Assembly: GCA_963718615.1 (NCBI GenBank)
Contig: OY970368.1
Coordinates: 5,152,001 to 5,216,000 of the forward strand
Source of the DNA: an uncultured cyanobacterium
GTDB lineage: Bacteria > Cyanobacteriota > Cyanobacteriia > PCC-9006 > JAAUQQ01
Direction of reading: 5' to 3'
Length of the DNA: 64,000 nt
Part shown: positions 31,407 through 39,688 of the stretch, one piece after another
How positions within the stretch are numbered: the first letter of the stretch is position 1
Layout: the number at the start of each line of letters is the position of its first letter
Program-made: the position numbers and the translations under genes
Notes under the pieces: generated by a model
Database searches by the model: none
What the model was told of the DNA's origin: nothing
What the model saw: the letters and a program-made list of their open reading frames with translations, nothing else

Positions 31407-32568
31407 TTTGATTCAGCCAAATTTAGATGCCTCTCGTCTCCTGCTGGACCTCAAGTTGGCGGGAGAGTTGATCCAGCAGTTTACTGGATTGTTAGAGCCC
31501 CAGGCGATCGCCGCCCGTGTGACAGAGGGGCTGGTGGATGGCTTTGACTGTGCCTTCGCGCGGCTGTGGCTGGTGGAACACGATCGCACCACCCTCCGAT
31601 TGACCGCTTCTGCGGGGCTTTATCACCGCTTAGATGGTCACTTTTCCCGGATTGCTATGGAGGATTGCAAAGTGGGCAAAATTGCTCAGCACGGCATTCC
31701 GTTCTTAAGCAATCGCCTCGCCGAAGAAACCTGGATTCAAGACCGCGAGTGGGTGATTGAAAATAAGTTGCGGGGGTTTGCCGGTATGCCGCTGCGCAAA
31801 GGAGATACCCCGCTGGGTGTCTTGGCGGTTTTTAGCCATCGCCTGCTATCCCCGGAATTTTTAGAGGCGCTGCAAATGTTGAGTTTAGCCCTGAGTGCCG
31901 CCTTAGCGAGTGCCGGGGAGTATCAGCAATTGCAAACCCAGTTAAAAATGACCCAGCAGGAAACGGGAAGCGATCGCCTCGTCCTCTCGGAAACCATTTC
32001 TCAAATTTTAGGACAGCAACGTCTGAGTTTGGTGGGCAATGAGCAATCGTTGATTCCAGCGGCCAATCGGTTGCTCCTACAAACCGCAGAACGTCTTGCT
32101 ATTTTGCCCTGCCATTACTGTCGCTTGGTCTACGACGAAGATGTTGTGGTCTTTGAGGTCATGCTGGCGACAACGGCTGAGTTATCTCACGATCCTCGCT
32201 CTTGGCTCATCCGGCTAGCACGGGATATTCGCCTCAATTTAACTGAGATTGGTGGCTATCTCCAAACCCAGTCAAGTTCCGATCGAACCGTTACCCAACT
32301 ACGGCTGGAGCTGCCCCTCAGTAAAGTGCTCTGGATACCTAAACCAATCCAAGAAGCAGAACCCCCAGAAGGATTGCTGCCGCTATCGCGGCGGGAGCGG
32401 GAAGTTTTGTCACTGCTGGCGGAGGGACTGCGCGATCGCGATATCGCAGAACGGCTTTTTATCAGCGAAAGCACGGTAAAATTTCATATTAATAATAGCT
32501 TGACCAAACTTCAGGCTAAAAATCGTTATCAGGGGATTTATCAAGCAACGCTGCGCGGATTGCTTTAG
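31393..32568 (+). CDS. GAF + LuxR-HTH transcriptional regulator
   Basis: FARLWLV..GFAGMPL..GVLAVFS GAF; LSRREREVL..TVKFHI LuxR. Confidence 0.9.
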   Translation: MRVFDLIQPNLDASRLLLDLKLAGELIQQFTGLLEPQAIAARVTEGLVDGFDCAFARLWLVEHDRTTLRLTASAGLYHRLDGHFSRIAMEDCKVGKIAQHGIPFLSNRLAEETWIQDREWVIENKLRGFAGMPLRKGDTPLGVLAVFSHRLLSPEFLEALQMLSLALSAALASAGEYQQLQTQLKMTQQETGSDRLVLSETISQILGQQRLSLVGNEQSLIPAANRLLLQTAERLAILPCHYCRLVYDEDVVVFEVMLATTAELSHDPRSWLIRLARDIRLNLTEIGGYLQTQSSSDRTVTQLRLELPLSKVLWIPKPIQEAEPPEGLLPLSRREREVLSLLAEGLRDRDIAERLFISESTVKFHINNSLTKLQAKNRYQGIYQATLRGLL

Positions 32569-32801
32569 GAACAAACACTTAATTCTCGTTCCTTAGATGG
32601 CATTGGGGTTGGATTGTCTATTTACAGGAAACAATCTGTCAAGCAAAGCTGATATTGTCTTTGTTTTCAAAACAATCCATAATCAAGATAGGGTAAAATG
32701 AGCGCAACGAATTCTCCAAAGATGCTGAATCTTATTGTTTGAAGCTTATCGTTTGAACTGCCTTTACCCTGACGATTGATCCGCTCTGGAGGTAACTTTT
32801 A

Positions 32802-33539
32802 ATGATTACAATTCGTCCTGCGGCTGAACGCGGTGCTGCAAACTTGGGTTGGCTCGACACTCGTCATACGTTCTCCTTTGGCAACTACTATGACCCAGCC
32901 CACATGGGATTTGCCAGTCTACGGGTCATTAATGAAGACAAGGTGCTTCCCGGTCAGGGATTTCCCACCCACGGTCATCAAGACATGGAAATTGTGACCT
33001 ATATTCTCGAAGGCGAATTGGAGCATCGGGATAGTATTGGCAATGGCTCAATCATTCGCCCCGGCGATGTGCAACGCATGAGCGCAGGCTCTGGAATTCG
33101 GCACAGCGAGTATAATCCTTCCTCCGAAAACCCAGTGCATTTGCTGCAAATTTGGCTGTTACCAGAAACCACTGGCTTGGCACCGAGCTATGAGCAAACC
33201 CATTTTTCGCAGAGCGATCGCCAAGGTCAATTGCGATTGATCGGCTCCCGTGATGGCCGTGAAGGTTCTGTCACGATTCACCAGGATGTTTCACTGTATG
33301 TTGCTCGGCTCACGGCTGAAGAAAAGGTGCAATATCCAGGGCAAGATCCAGGACCAGATCCAGGGCAAGCGGGGGAAGGCGATCGCAAAATTTGGGTTCA
33401 AGTGGCCCGAGGGATGATTACACTCAATGGCCAAACGCTGTACGCTGGAGATGGTGCTGGCATCAGTCAAGCGCAACAGCTTGAACTCGTGGGTCAATCC
33501 GATCATGCCGAGTTCTTGCTGTTTGATATGGCAGCCTAA
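32802..33539 (+). CDS. Pirin family protein
   Basis: [34 protein letters not shown]. Confidence 0.95.
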   Translation: MITIRPAAERGAANLGWLDTRHTFSFGNYYDPAHMGFASLRVINEDKVLPGQGFPTHGHQDMEIVTYILEGELEHRDSIGNGSIIRPGDVQRMSAGSGIRHSEYNPSSENPVHLLQIWLLPETTGLAPSYEQTHFSQSDRQGQLRLIGSRDGREGSVTIHQDVSLYVARLTAEEKVQYPGQDPGPDPGQAGEGDRKIWVQVARGMITLNGQTLYAGDGAGISQAQQLELVGQSDHAEFLLFDMAA

Positions 33540-33597
33540 TCCCGCCAGCAAAATCAGCAAGAAGAGAGCCCAGGAAGATAGCCCAGGAAGATAGCCC

Positions 33598-34008
33598 ATG
33601 AGTCGCCCATCCATCGATTATCCCATTGTCTTTTTTGATGGAGAATGCGTCCTATGCAACGGCTTTCTGGACTGGATGATGGCGATCGACCATCAAGCTC
33701 AGCTCCGGGTTGCACCCCTCCAAGGCGAAACCGCGACCCAGCTCTTGCCCCCTTTACCCCATCAGCCGGAAGACTGGTCGATCTATTACCTCGACGAGCA
33801 AGGGTTGTATGCTCAATCTGATGCAGTCCTGCGGATTATGCGTCGATTGGGCGGAATTTGGGAGGTCCTGAGCTGGGGAGAGGGGATTCCCCAGCCCGTG
33901 CGAGATGCGGTTTATCGCCTTGTGGCCAGTAATCGCTATCGGCTTCTGGGCAAACGGGAGACCTGCCGATTGCCCAGCAAAGCAGAAAAAGCAAGGTTTT
34001 TACCCTAG
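33598..34008 (+). CDS. DCC1-like thiol-disulfide oxidoreductase
   Basis: FFDGECVLCN DxxCxxC motif, YRLVASNRYR. Confidence 0.9.
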   Translation: MSRPSIDYPIVFFDGECVLCNGFLDWMMAIDHQAQLRVAPLQGETATQLLPPLPHQPEDWSIYYLDEQGLYAQSDAVLRIMRRLGGIWEVLSWGEGIPQPVRDAVYRLVASNRYRLLGKRETCRLPSKAEKARFLP

Positions 34009-34013
34009 CGCTT

Positions 34014-34652
34014 TTAGGCTCGTAAAGATTGCCCCGCAACTGCGGCAAACACCAAAAACAATGCTCCCCCCAGGGCTGTTAGCGTCTGCTCCGAGAGGTG
34101 ACCACAGACCCAGCGACCGCAAACTACGGCGATCGCCGCACAAATCCCATGGCCAAGGGTTCCCCCAAAAATCACGCTGAGGGCAGGATGATCTGCGGCT
34201 AAAGCAATGGTGGTGAATTGAGTGCGATCGCCCCACTCTGCCACAAAGACCAGCGAACAAGCCTCCAGCATAATCGCCAGCGGCCCTGTGCGTTTTAGTT
34301 TTGCCTCCGCCGCTGAAACGGCGGCAGCGGCCTCTTCCATTTCATCATCACTCGACCTCTGGGGAGCCATTCGCCAAGCATCGTAGAGCAACTTCAAGCC
34401 AAAGGCTGCAAACAAAACAATTTCTGCAACCTTGACCCAATACTGGGGCAACAACGTTGCCGCCTGCCCGAAGCTTACTGACAGAACCGTCATCGCTGCT
34501 AAGGCGATCATGGCTCCCGCAAAGACCCAGCGGCGCGGATGTTTGGTCGCCAGTAGCGCCCCAATCAAAAAGGTCTTGTCCCCCAACTCAAACAGGGTCA
34601 TGGCCACCAAAGACTTGGTAAACCCTGTCAAAAACACCGTGCTATTGAACAT
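34014..34652 (-). CDS. TMEM165/GDT1 (UPF0016) Mn2+/Ca2+ transporter
   Basis: Two ExGD(K/R)T motifs (ELGDKT, EWGDRT); start set at MFNSTV. Confidence 0.93.
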   Translation of the reverse strand: MFNSTVFLTGFTKSLVAMTLFELGDKTFLIGALLATKHPRRWVFAGAMIALAAMTVLSVSFGQAATLLPQYWVKVAEIVLFAAFGLKLLYDAWRMAPQRSSDDEMEEAAAAVSAAEAKLKRTGPLAIMLEACSLVFVAEWGDRTQFTTIALAADHPALSVIFGGTLGHGICAAIAVVCGRWVCGHLSEQTLTALGGALFLVFAAVAGQSLRA

Positions 34653-34773
34653 ACAAACGCTTCGCTCTGTAACGCTAGGAGGCGGCAGGGTAACAGAGTT
34701 AAAGATTGCAAACCCAAATATCTGACATTTGGCCAAGACACTCCACTCCGTCCACCCAAACCGGTGAACATCG

Positions 34774-34922
34774 TGAAGGTCTCGCTTAAACTAACGCATT
34801 CGCTTAAAACAAAGGTCTAAAGATCCTGTTCCAAACGCCTTAGCATGCTCTCAACCAGGCTCATCGCCAGTATGTTGATTGAAAGCCGGGAATCTGAAGA
34901 TTACCGAAACTACTCCCCTTCA
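34774..34922 (-). promoter_or_regulatory. yybP-ykoY manganese riboswitch
   Basis: Minus strand TGAAGGGGAGTAG...AATCAACATAC...GGTTGA...GCGAGACCTTCA, upstream of a GDT1 gene. Confidence 0.85.
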
Positions 34923-35132
34923 AGAGTTCAATTCTACAGGATCCTCACCTATTCTTCCTAATCCAAGCTGAAAGATTTCCTAAGCCACCTCAACCCGTGA
35001 TTTTGGGGTTTTGGACTTGGCTTGAACCTTGATCAGCATTTGCTCCACCTGGATCCCCAAGAAACGTCCCCCAGCTTCGAGCATATCCAAATCCTCTTGA
35101 TCCCAAGCATGGGGAAGGGTATCGATTTCAAC

Positions 35133-35900
35133 TCACGAACTCCTACTTTCGCTGGTCATCACTAATGCTTTGGGGCGGGCCGTGGGTTCATTGACCAAAG
35201 GTTCGCGGGAAATGCGCATGAACCGAATTGGCCGAGGAGATTTGAGCAGCGCAATCGGAATTTGTAAGACAACTTCTCCGGTGGATGTCGAGTTGAATTG
35301 ACCACAAAGAACTTTTTGCTCTGGTGTAAATGCCCACAGATGATAACGTTCGCCTTCAGGCAACTGCGGTAAGTTTTGCAGCGCCACCCAAGCATTGCCG
35401 GATTCCAAATCTAAGACCACGCTTCCCGTTGCAGCCTTCGCGACCTGAGTTCCGTGGAGCACAAAGGCTTGGGTTTTTGATTCCTGGAGCGCAGCCACCG
35501 TTGTATCCAGGAGCGCCAAGCGATGGCGCAACACGTAGTTGTTCCAGCTTAGCCCTAGGGTCAAGGCTACAAGCGCTGCGATCGCCCCCCAAATTCCCCA
35601 AGTCATCCCCCCATTCAATCTGCCCTTCGGCCCACTCTGATTGATTCCATTCCAGCTTATTTTTTTTGAGCCCGTTGCTTCTCGGCGGGTCCCTGCCGCC
35701 GCCAAAATCCTCGCCTTGAGCGTTACCGGAGCTGGTTCACAAGCGTCATAGGCGATCAAGCCCACCATGGATTGCAGGGTTTGAAGCTCCCCCTCCAAGG
35801 CTGGCTGGGTCTGCAACCGCTGCTCCACCGCTGCTTGGTCTTCTTCGGTGAGCGACCCTAGGGCATAGCCGATTAATAATTCCCCAGTGCGCTCGTCCAT
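35133..35900 (-). CDS. RskA-like anti-sigma factor 2
   Basis: LLIGYALGSL, LKARILAA, single TM, YHLWAF..LCGQF. Confidence 0.88.
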   Translation of the reverse strand: MDERTGELLIGYALGSLTEEDQAAVEQRLQTQPALEGELQTLQSMVGLIAYDACEPAPVTLKARILAAAGTRREATGSKKISWNGINQSGPKGRLNGGMTWGIWGAIAALVALTLGLSWNNYVLRHRLALLDTTVAALQESKTQAFVLHGTQVAKAATGSVVLDLESGNAWVALQNLPQLPEGERYHLWAFTPEQKVLCGQFNSTSTGEVVLQIPIALLKSPRPIRFMRISREPLVNEPTARPKALVMTSESRSS

Positions 35901-35941
35901 AGTCCTACCCCTCTATCTCCTCTATAGGCTTAGCATGCCTC

Positions 35942-36721
35942 CTAACTTTCAGTCATCAGCACAACATTCTCCTGGGGCGATCGCGGCAATTCTCCCCGCT
36001 TCCCTCGTACCAATCGCATCGAAACCAGTTCACTGGTATATAAAGCTGGATTAACAAAGAGATCTGCGATCGCCGTTTCCCCAGCCTCCACCGAAATCTG
36101 GCCACAGATAATCGCTGAATCTTCCATTATTGCCCAGAGGTAGTAGGTTTCATCCTCGGGCAACGGTACCAGCCGTTGGGCCACCAACAAAACTCGACCT
36201 TGGGTTTCATCGATCACCACCTTAGCCGAAGCCTCAGACGCAGCTTGAGCGGGGTTGGCCACCAACGTCAGGAAGTGGGCTTCCTCAGGGATATGGGCTT
36301 GGGTGGCTTGGACCGTAACCAACTGATGACGGAGACGATAGTTGTCTAATCCAAACCCTAGACCAACCAACAAACTAGCCGCAGCAACCCCCATGGACCA
36401 GCGATGCCAGGAAGGTTGAGGCGATCGCTGCTGGCTCACCAACGCCTGAGGTCGGAGGGCGCGCTGTATACTCCGTTTTGCGAGGGCACGTGTCCCAGGT
36501 GCCGTCCCTTGAGCCGATGCCAGAATTCTCGTTTTTAGGGCGGCTGGAGCCGGTGGAGTGACCTCGCCATGGGCCACTAAAGCTAAGGTTTCTTGCCATT
36601 GACGAAGTTCCTGACGCAGCCACGGCTCATTTTCTAAACGCTGCTCGATCGCGTAGGTTTCTTCCGGCGATAGAGACTGGAGAATGTAACCGATTAACAA
36701 CGACTCAGGATACTCAGACAT
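35942..36721 (-). CDS. RskA-like anti-sigma factor 1
   Basis: LLIGYILQSL, LKTRILAS, single TM, YYLWAI..ICGQI. Confidence 0.88.
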   Translation of the reverse strand: MSEYPESLLIGYILQSLSPEETYAIEQRLENEPWLRQELRQWQETLALVAHGEVTPPAPAALKTRILASAQGTAPGTRALAKRSIQRALRPQALVSQQRSPQPSWHRWSMGVAAASLLVGLGFGLDNYRLRHQLVTVQATQAHIPEEAHFLTLVANPAQAASEASAKVVIDETQGRVLLVAQRLVPLPEDETYYLWAIMEDSAIICGQISVEAGETAIADLFVNPALYTSELVSMRLVRGKRGELPRSPQENVVLMTES

Positions 36722-36823
36722 GGATTAGGAGGAGGGGATAAAGGGGATTAGGGCAAAGAAAAGAACTAACATAAAGTTTATTAAGGGTGGAAAAGGCGTT
36801 AGCCGCTAAAAGACAAAATAGCG

Positions 36824-37375
36824 CTAGATCAAATCATGGAGATTTTTCCTCAACTTCGTAAATCCAAGGCGAAACCAGCTTTTAACGGTACCCAGAGGAA
36901 CCTGCAGCCGCTGAGCAATTTCGGCCTGGGTTAGACCCTCGTAATAGGCCAGTTTCAAGGCTTGACGCTGTTGCTCCGGTAACTCATTCAAGGCGGCTTG
37001 CACACGACGAGTCGTTTCGTCCTGGACAACGTTTTCCAGCGGTTGATTGGGAAACTCCTGTCCGATGTCCCCTCGAATCCAGCGCTGGGCGGTGCGTAGG
37101 GCTCCTTGACGCGATCGCACCCGGTCCAAAGCTCGCGAACGAATCGTCAGCAACAAAAAGCTTCTGAACGAGCCGCGTGCTGGATTATAGGTGCAGTGAT
37201 TCCAGAGGTTGAGAAAGACTTCTTGGACCAAATCTTCCGCTTCCTGGCGCTGCCCTAAAATTCGCAAGGCCAAACCATACATGACGTCCCCATAGCTATC
37301 GTAGAGCGACCCTAGGGCTGAGGCATCGCCTGCCTGAAGCGCTTGAACGATGGCTTGTTCAGAGGTACGGATCAC
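36824..37375 (-). CDS. ECF sigma-70 factor (SigK/RpoT-like)
   Basis: EAEDLVQEVF region 2, LAYYEGLTQAEIA..PLGTVKS region 4; GTG start. Confidence 0.92.
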   Translation of the reverse strand: MIRTSEQAIVQALQAGDASALGSLYDSYGDVMYGLALRILGQRQEAEDLVQEVFLNLWNHCTYNPARGSFRSFLLLTIRSRALDRVRSRQGALRTAQRWIRGDIGQEFPNQPLENVVQDETTRRVQAALNELPEQQRQALKLAYYEGLTQAEIAQRLQVPLGTVKSWFRLGFTKLRKNLHDLI

Positions 37376-37511
37376 AGATCAGCGTCGTATGGATTTTCCA
37401 TAGTTTACCTTGCCTCAGTCAGCAAGACCGGACTTATGGGTTGCGACTTAACTTTTGTTAATTGGATAGCGTTTCTTCACCTCCTTACGGTACTAACGCT
37501 TTTAACTATAG

Positions 37512-37538
37512 ATACGGAGCATCCCTTCATTTAGATCA
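37512..37538 (-). promoter_or_regulatory. Putative ECF promoter (autoregulatory)
   Basis: TGATCT-N16-CGTAT upstream of the sigma gene. Confidence 0.75.
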
Positions 37539-37595
37539 CCCCTGGTCAATCCCATCTCAAAATCCGAGATTTACGAGGTGATGAGGTCACAAGTT

Positions 37596-38900
37596 TTACT
37601 GAGCCAAACCCACATCCCAGCGATCGCGATGTCGTCCAATCGTGACTTGCTCCGCTAGACGCTGCTCGCACAACCGTAGAAGGTCCGCCGTGAAGAGTTG
37701 ACGGGAGGGGAGGCGATCGCCCAGGGCAAGGTGTCGAACCAAGGTCAGGCTGGTGTAGATCGCGATCCGTTGCCGCAAGGCCGTGAGTTGGGCAGGGGTC
37801 ATCTGGGGGGTTTGCAAATCGAGGAAGCTTTTGAGAAAGCGATCGCCCACCGGCTTAAGTGCCAGGGCATAGCCAAGGGTCCGCACACCCTGTTCGATTA
37901 AGTAGCCCAGAAAATTTCCCACATCTACGGCTGGATCACCTAAACAAGCCAGGTCCAGATCAAGAAAATAGAGCCGTTGGCCCATTCGTAGCACCTGATC
38001 CGCAGAAAAGTCGCGATGGATCAACCCTGAAGGGCCAGGGGATAAATCCCAGTCCAATCGATACCCCAACCGGTGACACTGCTCCCACAGGGCCAAAATA
38101 CGAGGCTCCCACTCGGGATGGCGTTGCGCAAGGCGACGCAATTGTTGGTGCAAAACCCTAAATTCCACCCCCAAATCATGCTGCTGAAGCTGCGGCCACA
38201 AGGAGGGCAGCGAGGTCCTATGTCCCCGTTGGGGACTCAAATGTTGTCCATCTAAGGGCGTCTGGTGGAGCTTGTGCAAGGCTTTTGCCATCTGCCGAGC
38301 AAGCAGCATACCGCTGGGTCCCGGCAAAATTTCAGTGACTTCTGTACCGGGAATCCGACGCTGCACCCACTGATTAAAGTCCGCAAACAATCCTAGCGGT
38401 TCGGGAACACTGATCTCATCCAGGCTCTGGTCATCAAAACCCGAGAACCAAAGCGCTCGCTGGATTTCATAACTGCGACGATCCAAACCTTTCGCACGGA
38501 TCTTGCCTAGAACATCGTAGGACCAGCCTGGAGCATCCGGATCAATCCAACGATATTCCACTAAACAGCGCCGACCCGGTTTATGCCGACAGATCCAAAT
38601 TCGCTTTAGAATCTGGGGCTGAGCTTCGCAGTCCGATGCTAATTCATGGGGAAGACTGCGAAACGGCAACGAGCCTTCAGCCTCGGCATTGTGGTAGAGC
38701 TGCTGAAATTGCTGGAGCACCTCCTCTGGATTCACTGCCGCTTTAAGGGTGAATAATGCCGGGTCAGATTGAGCATTGAGGGGATCCAGAATTGCAAGAT
38801 TGGGGGCGATCGCCCCAAAACAAGGGGAGGAGATCGGGGGCATCTCCTGAGAACCAGCGGTGGTGTCAAAGGAGCTTTTAGAAGTCGATAAATGGTGCAT
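37596..38900 (-). CDS. APH/choline-kinase-fold phosphotransferase
   Basis: RHKPGRRCLVEY, VLGKIR, IHRDFSADQV, FLDLDLACLGDPAVD; ATG at 38900. Confidence 0.85.
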   Translation of the reverse strand: MHHLSTSKSSFDTTAGSQEMPPISSPCFGAIAPNLAILDPLNAQSDPALFTLKAAVNPEEVLQQFQQLYHNAEAEGSLPFRSLPHELASDCEAQPQILKRIWICRHKPGRRCLVEYRWIDPDAPGWSYDVLGKIRAKGLDRRSYEIQRALWFSGFDDQSLDEISVPEPLGLFADFNQWVQRRIPGTEVTEILPGPSGMLLARQMAKALHKLHQTPLDGQHLSPQRGHRTSLPSLWPQLQQHDLGVEFRVLHQQLRRLAQRHPEWEPRILALWEQCHRLGYRLDWDLSPGPSGLIHRDFSADQVLRMGQRLYFLDLDLACLGDPAVDVGNFLGYLIEQGVRTLGYALALKPVGDRFLKSFLDLQTPQMTPAQLTALRQRIAIYTSLTLVRHLALGDRLPSRQLFTADLLRLCEQRLAEQVTIGRHRDRWDVGLAQ

Positions 38901-38907
38901 ATAAACA

Positions 38908-38934
38908 ATACGAAGTCTGTTAAAACTTGGATCA
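38908..38934 (-). promoter_or_regulatory. Putative ECF promoter of the kinase gene
   Basis: TGATCC-N16-CGTAT with 7 nt between it and the ATG. Confidence 0.75.
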
Positions 38935-39055
38935 CAACAGGGCAATTGATCGCCAGTTTCAGCCTAAGAACAATCTATGGATCCAATTTTCTCAAGGCCC
39001 AGTCGTCTTTACAAGGAAATTCAGGAGGCCATTTCAAAGAAAAATTATTTCCCAG

Positions 39056-39082
39056 TGATCCAACTAGAGCTTGACTCCGTAT
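39056..39082 (+). promoter_or_regulatory. Putative ECF promoter of the peptide-PCAT-HlyD unit
   Basis: TGATCC-N16-CGTAT. Confidence 0.75.
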
Positions 39083-39289
39083 TAACAGCAGAACATCGCC
39101 CAACCCGTGAGTGAAATCTTCCCTTTATAGCTCTAACTCGGTGGCCCAAAAACTCTAGAGCGAGTAGAGCTCAATTGGATAATGACACTAGAGATTGCCT
39201 AGAACATTGCTTATCACAAGCATTTTCTTATCTCGGCAATCCCGTTTGGCAATTCTGTCAAGTAGCCTTTTATTTCTGTAGAGAACATC

Positions 39290-39472
39290 ATGAAAACGAC
39301 TCAAAAGCCCTCACTATTCACTAAAATCACTCCTGAAGAAGCAACGTTAATTAACGGTGGTCGTCGCGGTCGTGGTGCAGATGATGGCCCAGGCCACGAT
39401 GCAGGGGACGACAAAGGCGGTCGCAGAGGCGGTCGCGGTCGCGGCACAGATGACGGTCCCAATCATCGCTAA
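39290..39472 (+). CDS. Double-glycine leader precursor peptide
   Basis: 24-aa leader ending SLFTKITPEEATLINGG; 36-aa Gly/Arg/Asp/His core; directly upstream of a PCAT. Confidence 0.85.
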   Translation: MKTTQKPSLFTKITPEEATLINGGRRGRGADDGPGHDAGDDKGGRRGGRGRGTDDGPNHR

Positions 39473-39688
39473 GTAACTGCGGTGAACAGACTTAATTCCT
39501 AACTATTCTAAGGCAATGTGTAATTCGCGATCTGTGAGAGATTACAACCGGTCTAGGCAGTTGAAATAGACCTCGTTCTCTTGCATGGACCAGTAACTCT
39601 GATTGGGAAAGATTACACATTGCTGTTACATACCGCTATGACACACCATCGTTAAAAAGCAATTCAGACCCTCACTTTAGCGTTGACT

